Below are positions 9,168 to 21,100 of a stretch of 52,193 bases of DNA, piece after piece. The DNA is from a virus (lineage: Duplodnaviria; Caudoviricetes), in IMG/VR virus record IMGVR_UViG_3300027863_000004, positions 1 to 52,193 of that record; one strand, given 5' to 3'. Below the pieces are notes generated by a model that searched no databases, was not told where the DNA came from, and saw only the letters and a program-made list of their open reading frames with translations. Position 1 is the stretch's first letter. Every line of letters begins with the position of its first letter. A program made the translations under genes and the position numbers.

Positions 9168-12100
9168 ATGCCATCGCTTGATGACATAAAAGAATTGCGC
9201 AAACACTCGTTATTCAGCATCACATCACCTAATCAGGCAAAGAGATATGTTGCAGCGCTCAACTACCTTAGATGGCTTTACAGGGATTACAATGGTGATG
9301 TATATCGTGTGGCGCAAGAAATTTCAGGACAGTCAAAACTATGGGATAGCACAGGAGTGGCTATAGGGTTATATCAGTGGCTAAATGCTCCGTTAGCAAC
9401 CGACCCGAAGACAAAGAAGCCAACACGGTTATTGTATGAAGACTTGGTTGCTTGCCGTGAATTTTTAGACCAACTTGCTAACTCGCCCGAACAAAGACAA
9501 AAGAGCCTCAAGAACACTATAGTTCAAGTTGGTGGTGTTCCATACTCTGGCATGCGTGTTGCTCAATACATGGCAGCGATAGCACGCGCTATTGACTATT
9601 ACTTAACCATGACCGACGACCCAAGTTTGAAGGAGCTGAAACAAAAGTGGAATGCGTATTTATCTTCCAACAAGTATGGCAAACAAATCCTCACACCTGG
9701 CTTATGGGAAGACAAAAAAATAGGTGACTTACTTGTGACGGCTAACACTTTGTTTTCCTACTTCGCACCAATTGTTAACCACTCCATCAGTGTGACGAAG
9801 AGGATTGCTCCTATTCTTGAGCGCAGTCACCAAGGCGTTTCAAAAGACAACAAGAACGCTCTTACAGGTCTTGTTACAATTGGTATAGTTTCCGCTTTAG
9901 GCGGGCTTCATGGGTCTATGTTTTCCTCAGTTCCTCTAAATGTTCAGACATGGGAGACATTTAAAAAGGAAGCTCAGCAAACACACAAGGCGATAGTGTC
10001 GCAATTAAAGACACCGCAAGAAGTCATCAAGTCTTTCTGGAGCAATGTATTCAAACAGGTTTCCCATAGGGATTACACGGTGATTGGTGGTTTGAAAGAA
10101 TTAGGACAAGAAGTCTACAGGTATAACTATCAAGAGATGTTTGAGCCCAATGAGAAAATACTGCCACCAGAGCTTAAGCATCGTGTTAGCGACACAGAAA
10201 AGGAGCTTTTTGGATTTACACGCTCTTTCACTGCTTCCTTTGCAGGATGGGCAGCCAGAGGGTTTAGGTATGCGCGTGGGTTGATTAAAATCGGACCAGA
10301 AACTTATGCATGGATTGACATTCCAATTTCGGAAGTGCCATTTGTAGAGAATAGGAAGAAAAGGACTTGGGAAAGAGTAGGAGAATGGAGTGGGGCAACT
10401 ACAGCAATACTTAGAGATATTGCGATAACATGGGGAGCAAGTGCGCTCGCCAGGGGAGCTGTAGCAGGAGTAGGTATGCTTAGCAAATTAGTGGGAGCAA
10501 GTGGAATTGCTGGGAAAATGTTTACTGAAAGCGAAAAAATCGCTAAATTTGGAGAAGCTGCATCAAAAGCCTTGACTGCGCTTCGTTCCACAAAGATTGG
10601 TGAACACCTTATTCACCTTGCGCCATTTTCCAGTGTAGTTGGTGCCGAACATGCGATAGAAGTTTTTAAAGACGAGAGTAATGCAAGAAAGGCGGTATTG
10701 GAGGGTATAAAAAGTGCTGGTTTAACTGAAATGCAAGTTTTGCTCATGCAGGCAGCTGGCGCTCCTGCAGCAAGGTTTGTAGCTCGCCATCTTGAGAGGA
10801 TACCTAAACTTGCTCCTCGTGAAGTGATGGTTGGTTTAGGAACAGCGGCTGCCACGAGGCTTAAGATACAAAATCCATTTGTAACTATGCTTCGCACAGG
10901 TATAGAATTTGGAGTTGGTGCTCCAGCTGTTGGGATAGCTTTTGATACATACAGAACCATAAGAGAAGGTGAATACAAGCAACTTCCGTCTGTGATTTGG
11001 GAGCATGTCAAAGAAGCGCCTTCTGAATTCTTACGAGGTTTAACTGTTCATTTCCCACATTTCTTTGGTGAAGCTGAAGCATACAGAGAAGCGGGTAGAC
11101 CGCCAACTCTACCAACTACTCCACCTACACCACCTGCTCCACCTGCTCCTCAACCACCAACACCGCAACCACCTGCTCCACAACCACAAGCTCAACAACC
11201 GCCAACAGCACCACCAGGTGCACCACAACCTCAGACTTTGAGGGAAAGAATGGAAGCGATAAGGCAAAGAGCCCAAGAATTGCGTCAAGCCGATGATATG
11301 ATGCGGCAAGCAGAGGAATTATTACGGCAAGGTAAAGCAGTAGAAGCAGAACAACTAAGAAAGCAAGCAGAGCAAATCAGGGCTAAGTATCCACCTTCGC
11401 CAGTAGAAGAACCGAGGGTAAGAAAAGTAGAAATTACCTTTGGCGAATGGCGCACAGCACCACGCGGTCCTGCGAGCAAGATGCTCTCAGAAGAATTAGC
11501 AAAAGAGCCAGACCCTCTCTCAATCGCCGCGCGTGCAAGGGTTAGAATGTCAAAGTTTGTTGATGCCACAGTGAATGTTGATGCAACTCCTTTGGAAGTT
11601 GCGCAGAAAGACAGGTCTTTTGAAAAGGAAAGAGGAGTTCTTAGAAAGCAAAGAGAGCAAGCAATTTCCTTGCTCTCTACCTTTTACAGGCGCTTAGGAA
11701 TGAGTGAGGACATGGCACGGTTGTTAGCGCAAGAGGTTGTAGACATCAACATTGCCAACTCCTTAGCTGAAAGTGGTTTAGACCTAAAGAAGGGACTTGA
11801 TGTGCCAGATTATCTACAACAAGAAGCGAAAGGGTTAGCAGGTGGTGATGCAGAAGCTCAAAAGCAATTCATTAGCAAGCTAAGAGAGGGCTTTAGCAAA
11901 GCATCACAAAGACTTGATACTGTTACAGGGCTTCTTACTCCAATGATGACGGGCGTTGCTGACAAAGATATTGCTCTTCACTTTTCACATCCAGAGCTAC
12001 TTAGGTTTAGCATGCAACATCCGTTGTGGCAAGCTGCAGGCGATATAGTGACTGCAAGTAGACCTGCGATTGAAGACTTAACTGTGACTTTGAACGAGCC

Positions 12101-15100
12101 TGGAACTTGGAACAAGAGACCGCGCGTTGAAATAAGTGCAAACATTTCCGCAAGGAATAGAGCCGCAGTAGATGAAGCAATTAATGAAGTTGTTAGAAAG
12201 TATAGGATGCAACCAGAGCAAGCAAATGCTTTACGCGTCATGGCTCATGCTCTTTATGAGGCATCGCCATTTGGTGACATTGATGTATTACGCAGAGCTG
12301 GTTTATATGCAGCTGATGAAGCATGGAGTATTTTGGGCACTGTTAATAATGATGCTGAACTTCGCTCAGTTGCATTCTCACATCCAGACCTTGTTGTGCC
12401 TTTGTTGATGCGTGATGAAGCACAATTAACTGCAACTATTAAGGCACGCGTTGTTCGTTACTTAGAATCGCTGAAACCCCACGAAGATTTCAAAGTTCCA
12501 GAAGAGGACATAAATGCTCTTGCCGCATCAGTTGCAAAGGCATTACTTAATCCTCCAGTGCCGTATCTTCGCATGAGACCACAAGATGCAAGAAGCAAGA
12601 TTGAGAAGTGGATTTCAGAGGAACTCATTCCAGAACAACTTGCGATTGATGTGATAAAGGTTATGGGCAAAGTTACGCCTGAGGAAGTGAAGAAGGGGCT
12701 TGCTGACAAAGCAATCATTAGTCTTTTAGACACATTTGACATGGCTGCGGGGCTTGAAAAACCAGAATATGCATTAGCCGCAGGTTATTACAGGGCGCTT
12801 TTGTCGTCAAGGTTAATGAGCAAAGAAAGAGCGCGACAGCACATGTTAAATCTACTTCGTGGTGGTGTGGAGAAAGCTTTGACGAAGTTTGCACAAGAAC
12901 CACCGAGTGAGCTGAGTGAATTCTTTGGCACACTGACCAAGCTTGATGATGCGCTGGTGAAGTTGGTTACGGAGAAGAGCCTTGATGCCAATGACACCGT
13001 TGTTGAAGCGCTTGAGGCACTACAGAAGAACATAGGTGACGCAGATGCATGGGGTGTCATTGTTGGTGATGAGCTTGCGTCATTGATTGCAAAGCATAAA
13101 TCTTCTCCAGTGCTTCGTTACAGAGCAGAGCGTGTAGTTAATGCAGCTCGTAGTGTTGTTGGTAGAAAGCTTGTAGAGAACATCTTTGGGTTTATTGAAG
13201 CGCCATTTGAAGAATACAAAGGGGCAGCACAAAAGCTCACAGAAGAATTAGCCACAGGTGAAGTGAGTGATGAGACAAGAAGCTCATATGACCAAGCTGT
13301 TAGCAAGCTGAATGAACTAACAACAACTTTGGTTACCCTTATAAAGGGAGAGAAAATACACGGTGACCTTGCAAGGCTTCTCAACATGTATAACCGCGTG
13401 GCAGGAAAGGTTACATACAATGAGGCTATGCTTTACTTGAGCCGTCATTTAGAGAACCTACAACTTCTTGGAGCTATGGAACAACAGTTGGCAAAGGAGA
13501 CTTTGAGCCATTTCGCCAATGTGGCTGTTGATGAGGCGTTGTCTTCTCTCAAGGTTGAAGAAACAGCAAAGAAGGAAAAGAAGGCAAAGGAAAAAAAGAT
13601 ACCGTCAATTCTTCAACTTGAACAAATACTTCCTCAGCAACTTTACCGAGTGTTACCATCGCTTGAAGAGCGCTTGTATCTTGTTCATGAAGAAATAAAG
13701 AGGCGTTTACTTGAGGACGAGAACCTTTCAAGGCTTACTCTTAAAGGGATGTCTCCAGACACTATTGATGATTACTTAATGGGCAGATTACTTTACACTC
13801 TTGGTATTCAGCCAAACGAGCGCACGCTTGGGAATTACTGGCGCTCTCTTCCAGAAAGTGCAAGAGGGGCTATGCTTGATGGTTACATTGATGCACAAAC
13901 TGGGCGTGCTCGTGAATTTATGCGAATCGTAAGAGAGCTGGCAGTCATTCCAGAAAGAGCTATTATGCCAGCTGTTATTGTCACTCCTCCACCTACACCT
14001 GCAGCAGGAGCGTTTTTGCCGCCAGAACAACCAATACGAGCGCTTCCGTTGCCAGGACAACCAAGAGGTGTAACTTTTGTTCCAACAGCACCTGCAACCA
14101 CTCCTCCGTATGGAATAAGGGAACTTCCGCCAGTATCTGAAGTTGAGGGCAAACCAACAGAAATGCCATCCATTAAAGAGCCATCGCCAGAAGAGAGAAT
14201 TGAGGTGTCAAGGCTTGAGCCTATTACAGAGCCACCAAAGCGAGAGAGGGGAGAAATTGAGGTAGAAGACTTCGTTATTAGTGTAAAGGGCACTCCTAAG
14301 AAAGTATATGTAAGCATAGAACCTTGGGGGCTTTTGCGTCCAAGGTTTGATGTATGGGGGCTGCGCAAAGAACGCGACCAAGCTGTTGGAGAAAAAGATG
14401 TTGTTCCTGTTGTTGCATTTCCTTCCAGTGAAGTTGTTCTTAATTCGGTTTTTGCCACAGCATACTCTGATGAGAAATGGAGCGATTTAGATAGAGCGCG
14501 TCGTCAAGAAACGAAGACTGTGCTTCTGGAAACATACAAGAAATGGAGTGAGGTCACCAGTGGAGAAATTTCTGACATGATGGAATTCTGGTATCAAGTT
14601 TTCAAAGCAACCAACATTAACTTAGCCGAAGAAGGCAGATATGTGCCTCTTGGAGACCAAGCCTCGCAGTTAGTTCGCCAATGGATTGAGGAAGCTGAAG
14701 CTGGAAAAAATACTAAGGGGGCTAAGATAGTTAACCAATTTGGCTTAGAGCGGGTTAAAAGGTGGGTTGAATATGAAACTCGTGCTTTCATATTCCCGCC
14801 AGTGCTACGGGCTGAAATAACAGAGAAAGAGGGGTTTGCATTTACCTATGATTTACCCGAAAGCCTTGGTTACTTCCCCATCATTCGTCGTCCTTCCGAA
14901 GAAGCTGAAAGAAGTGCAGAGACTGCGCCAGGAATGCAAGTTGCACAAACTGTAAAAGGCTCTGAACCAGTTCCACCAAAGGCTGAACCGCCCACAAGCA
15001 AAGAGGAAGAGAGAGAGCAAAGGCGTAGGAGAATTGCAGAGTCGTTGCTCTCTGCATTAGAAGAAGAAAGCCAACCAGGTGGATGGCTTGGTGGAAGAGA

Positions 15101-18100
15101 GCGCTTACGGCTATCTCGGGAAATCAAAGTGTTAGAAGAGCGACTTAGCAAAGCAAGGAGCATTCTCAATCGCTTAAGGGTTAAAGGTGAAGACTGGAAA
15201 ATACCCATCTTAGAAAAAATAGAACAAAGGCTTCAAGAAAAGATTGAGCGCAGAAAAGCCAGGCTTGCAAGAGCCGAAGAACTTAGAGAAGCTCGTAAGG
15301 AGCTGTATGAGGCATTTAGTAGGCTTGTTAAAACGGTAGGCAAGGAGAAGGTTGCATCCGATGCAGATGCAGTATTGCGTAATCCTTACTATTCAATGCC
15401 GTTTGCTCTTGCGCATGAATTCATAAAATCCACAGGATTACCTTTGACCAGAGATGCAGAGCAACTTGCGACGGCAATTAACGAAGCCAAAATAAGTGGT
15501 GCAATGACACACACTGTGGATGCATGTATTTCTGCTCTATTTAGGATGAGAACATCGCACCGTGTATTTGTTCTCTTAAGCCTTGTAGACCCTGAAGAGT
15601 TTGAGCGCGTTGCTTCAACTAAACATGTTTCTTCTTTGCCCAAAGCTCTTACTGCTGAACGCGAAGTGCCCTCTGAGCCAACCTCAATTGCTGAATTAAT
15701 TCTAAGCGGTCCATTTAACATTGAGACAGCGACTCCAAGTGAAATTGCAGAGAGACTTGCGCTGGAGCTCTATCATATTGCGTTAGAAACCACTCAGAGT
15801 TACAGTCACTTACTTACTTCCTCAGCCCGCAAGGCTCTAACAAAGATTATTTACAAGGTGCTTCTATATTCCGCACGCTATCCTCGTGTTACAGAACAAA
15901 ATACCAAAGAAGCTCTCAAGCTATGGCGCACTTTAATGTATGGCACCGAAGAATTGCCACTTGAAGAAAAGGGGTTGAAAGATTTAGAATACAAAGCATT
16001 TATGGGCATAAACACAATCAACTCTTACCTTAACAACGCAATAGTTATCACTTTGCCGACAATTCTGCGCACGCGTCCTCGTCCCAGGGCAGAAAGAGCA
16101 ACAAAAGAGCCGCGAGAAGAAGAAGTAAAAGTAGACCTTTCGAAATACAGATTTGTTGCTCCTGAAGGTGCAATAGTAGAAGAAGAAGCTCCAGTAGAAG
16201 AAGGTAAGGTGGTTGAAGAAATAGCTGCTGCGCTTAGAGAGCCACTCCCTGAGGAAGTAGAAGAGGGTGAGGTAGTTGGAGAGGGCAGAGAAATTGAAGA
16301 AGAGATTGAAGAAGAAGTTGAAAAAGAAGGCGAAGCAAAGGCTCCGCCTAAAACAGCGGCAGCACTACTTACATATGACAAAGTTGTAGAGAGAGCCAGA
16401 AGACGTATAGTGAGTGAAAAATTTGAGAAGCAGTTGATAAAGTTGTATAAAATGCGTAAGCTTGGCAAACTTGTAAGTATTTTCACAATTAGAGAAGGCA
16501 CACCTGTGCCTGTTAAAGAAAGAGTAAGACCTATGAGTTTTGGCGAGGCGTTGGAAGCCTTTGATGAGACAATGGCAACTGTTGTTGCGCGCCATCTTGT
16601 TGGTAAAGCATCTCCATCAAGTAATGTTTACAGATGGGCTACAACGCGATACGAGGGTGCTCTTAAGGTAATACCGTTTGTTGGTGCAGAGCATCCAGAG
16701 GAGTTTAAAAACTTAGGTTTTGTTGTCAGTGGCTTAGCTGCATTTAGAGAAGCTGTAGAACATCCAATGGTGCTATCAGAGAAAAAACGGTGGGCTTCAA
16801 CAACAACCTCGCTTGAAGAACTTAGGGAGAAAGCAGAAGAAGCGATGGAAGAAGGAGAGGAAGTAGAAGAACTTCCAATCAGAGACCTAATCACCATGAT
16901 TTACATGCCAGATGTTGAAGGTATGGCAGCTGATATTATTCCAAGAAGCATGATAACTGCTATTGACAAAAGAACCGAAAGAGTTATTGAAACCACTGAC
17001 AAACTTCTTACAGCGCCATTCTCGGATATTGCAAAGGCAGCGTTAATTTTCGGTTTACATGAGCCTTACGAAGTTAAAATAGAAGAGGTTGGGGAGACTG
17101 CCAAACTACCGAGCTTAATAGGTGCGATATGGAGAGGCAGAAACATGTCTGAAGCATATGCGTTATCGGCTATAGAAGTTATGGAAGAATACGCGGGGAA
17201 GCCAATTGGCAATGCATTTGCAAAAGTAAGCGAGATACTACAAAGCTGGAATGCCATAATGCAAGCTGGTGGTGAACAAGCACACTTTTGGGGCAAGATA
17301 GCGCTAATACGCCGTGACATATCGTCTTTAGAGGATGTGCTAACTGAGCTTAGAAAAGCTGCAGAAAAAGCTCCTCATGAACTTCCAGAAGGTGTTACAT
17401 TTGAAGAATTTGCTTCAGTAGTTGACCAAGCGCTAAGACATCTACACAATCAAAGGATGGCTATTGAAGCATCTTTGTCGTCATTTCCTATAGTCAACAA
17501 AGTTGCAATGACCTTCTCAGAGCTTTCAAGGAAACTTCGCGAAGACGAGAAGTTAAAGGAAATGGCGAATACTTGTAGAGAAGTTGCAGACCTTGAAGAT
17601 GAGAAAGCGATTTTAGAGAAAGAAAAAGAAATTACTGAATTTGCGCTGACGATTATAGGTGCTTTTAAAGATAGCCTGCGGTTTTTTGACAAGGGCAAAG
17701 AATTTGCGATTCAGTATCTATCTTACATTGCGTATCAAAACCTTCCTCACCTTTCTCTTGGAGAGGTATACACTCCGCTTCACAATGCATGGGTCTACAA
17801 GACGGTAGTTAGAGAAGGAGAGCTAACAGATGTTGAAGAAGAAGCCAAAAGGAGAGCTATAAAAGCTGCGAAGATAAAACTTGGTGCTGAAGTTTTTGCG
17901 GCTATTGCAGACCACTTACAGAAGCACACAGCATCTTATGAAGCCATTCTTAGGATGTGTGTTGGTGCAGTTAGTAGGAGAGCTGAAGAATATACTGCTC
18001 CATTATCTGTGACTGAAGTTGAAGTTGATTACGGCAAAGGTAGGCTAAGTGTTTTGGGTATTGATGTTAGCAACTCGTTGATTGCCTTAAGGCAATCATT

Positions 18101-21100
18101 AGAGCGATACTTCAGGGATACTGGAAAAGCTCCTACGGAAGCTACCTATCAATACTTAGGAAAAGTAATAGAGAACATGTTACACACCACTGTTGTTCAG
18201 CTAACAGCACAAACTGCGACAGAAATAACAAAAGAAGGGGCAAATCCACGCAATATCATCATAAGATACTTAGATGAATTGAAAGAGAGAGTTAAAGATT
18301 TCAGTTACGAATCCTATCGCAAAAACCGACCACTTTACTTCTACCTGCAAACACTTGATGGTATTCTTGACATCATTAAAGAACATGTCAAAGAGGGCAA
18401 GGTTAGTGACGATGTTCTAAAGGCTTTGTTTGGCGTATACAATCTACATGTTCAACTTAAGAGCCTACCAATACCACGAGAAGAAAAAGAAAGAATACTT
18501 GGGGAGCTTGCAACACGCGTAGAGGAACTTAGTTCTCTTGCTGTTAGAGATGAAGCTTTGCAAGCCCTTATGACTGACTTTAACAACCTACTGGCTATTC
18601 AAGAAACACTCTCCGTCATGGGGCGGCGGATTGGTGAAGCTTTGCAAAAAGGTGAAGTTGTAAATCTACTCAAGTCACTGGAAGAAAAGAAAGCGGAAGT
18701 GAAGGAAGCAGAAGCGAAGGAAGCAGAAGCGAAGAAAGCGGCAGAGGAAGTAGAAGAAGCAGCTAAGCCCAAGAAGAAATACACATATGCAGCGACGCTG
18801 ACTTTTAATCTTCGTGGCTTACCTGAGGTAAGGGTTGACCTATCACGCCTTTATGATGTTTCAGGACACGAACCAATTAGGGCTCTCAGTGGAGAAGTAT
18901 TTCGTGCTATTGGTGAGAACAAAGCTTTGTATGTTTCCAGGGATGCTCTAACTGACTACGCGAAGACGCTTAAGACTGTTGCAGATTTTGCTTTCAAGTC
19001 TGCTCAAGTTGAAGGTGATGAAGAAGCTATTGACAAGGCGCGTTATTTTGGGGAGTATGTTGATGCACTTGTGAGGACATTAGAGAAGCTACCGATGGAC
19101 AACATTATCTTACGCGTTGAAAGACCTGGTGAAATTACAGAAAGAGTTGAAAAGGCTCGCGAGTATATGGAGACAGCTGAGAGAGTTGGTGCTAAAACTG
19201 AGGCGCGTGAGATTTATGAGCAACTTAGCCGTAGGATTTACATACCTACAGAGTTATATGAAGTGGCACAAGAGGCTGTTAGGAAGGTAATAGGGAAGGA
19301 AGAATTTGAGAAAGAAATACAGGAAAAAGAGAAAGCGCTACAACGCAAAAAGGAAGAGTTAGAAGAAATTTTAGAAGACCTTGAAAGCCGTGCTAAAAGA
19401 AGCAAAAGTAAGGAATTGATGGAAAGGCTTGAACAAGCCCGAGCCGAATATGAGAGGGTTAATGCAGCGCTTGAAAGGATACCAAAGCTACGCGAAGTTC
19501 TTACTGAGTTGGCATCTAAAGAACTGCCTGAGCTTTCTCAGCTTCCGCTACTTCTTAGGCACTTACATGAGAGACCGCCTGAACCTATGCCAGAGGAAGA
19601 GCCTACTACTGGTGTAGTGAACTTAGGAGTGTTGCCCTTCTTACCAATTACAACCGATGCATTACAGAGCATGATTAACCATACAGCGCTTGCGCAGTGG
19701 CACGATTTACTTACAAGTGGTGTGCAAGGAATTATTACAGGGGTTATTGCAACCTATTATGCGCCGAGAGCGCTACATGAGTTCTTAAAGCTATTCCCTT
19801 CTTACAACAACTATGTTAGAAACATTCACAATCTCATTGAGCGTCCTCCTGCTCCTCGTTCTAAGATTGAAGAAGTGATGGCACGGCTAATGCATGGAGA
19901 GAGGATTGATGAAAGTGAGCTACGGTTTACGCTTGACTATTTGTTGAAGGATATAGAGGAAGGCAAAATCAAGTTTGAGATACCGACTGGGCTTTACAAG
20001 ATGTCCAACCCGCTAACGCGCACGCAACTTGTCTTTCAAGAGATTGGAAAGCAGATAGCGCAAAATATTGGTGCAGACCCTGAAGTAGTAACCACATTCT
20101 TGTATCAAGCTTTGATTGGCAATGGCATAGCAGCCCGTAGGAAAGCAAGGACAGACCTTGCGCCGAGGTTGTTTGGCTACTTTGCGGCAGCAGAGCATGC
20201 ATTGATGGGCGGCAAAAATCCAGAAGCCCTTAGGGGTATTGAACGAGTGAAAAACATTGTGGAGCGCTGGTGGACGCGTGCGACCAATCCTGTTCTAAAG
20301 ATTAAGTGGCAGCTATGGCATGAGAACTTGCGCAATGTATTTGATGCGATACACCAAGAAATTGTAGGCACAAAGCTATCTGATGAACTCCTTGCAGATT
20401 ACAATGAGAAGCTTACGCGTGCAATAGTTGAAGAATTTGACAGGCTTGACGCAAGCGGCTCTAAGAACCCTGCCGAAGATGTTCTCAATCTTGACATTGT
20501 TGATGTGCTTGCCAAGATACACAATGTGAGCAGGCGTAGTGTTGAGGATGCTCTTATGAGGTTGGGCTACTATCAAGGTGTCATTAGGCTTAGGGAAATT
20601 ATGAATGTGCTTTCGTTTGACTACAATGCGAAGAGGCTTAATGGGCAAACAGAGAAGGTTACGGTGAACATAACTCCTGATGAGTTACAGAGATTTAAGA
20701 CAGCCAGCGTTTACTATCTTGTTGGCTCATACAAAATCTTTGACCTTTACAATGATGCAGTCACGCGCTTTAGCAGTTATGAAGACATTCGTCCAAAGAT
20801 TACACACCTATCATTCTGGGCACCGCACTTCTGGGATACTTCATTCTCTGGTCTTATCAAGTTATGGTCACTTGAGCGTCTTGCGAGCATAACCAGGTCA
20901 CCAGATGCCAAGATATTGAGGTATGCGATTGAAGGTCGCAGGGCAGTAGCAAGGCAAATCAAGCAAATAGAAAGCGAGCCAACAACAGTTGAGGCAGCCC
21001 TTCGCTTACTTGCTACAAGGCATGCACCTTACTTTGAAGTTGAGAGGCGCGTGCTTGAGGGTTATCTTGGTTGGGAAGACCCATTCACATCAGCGCTTCG

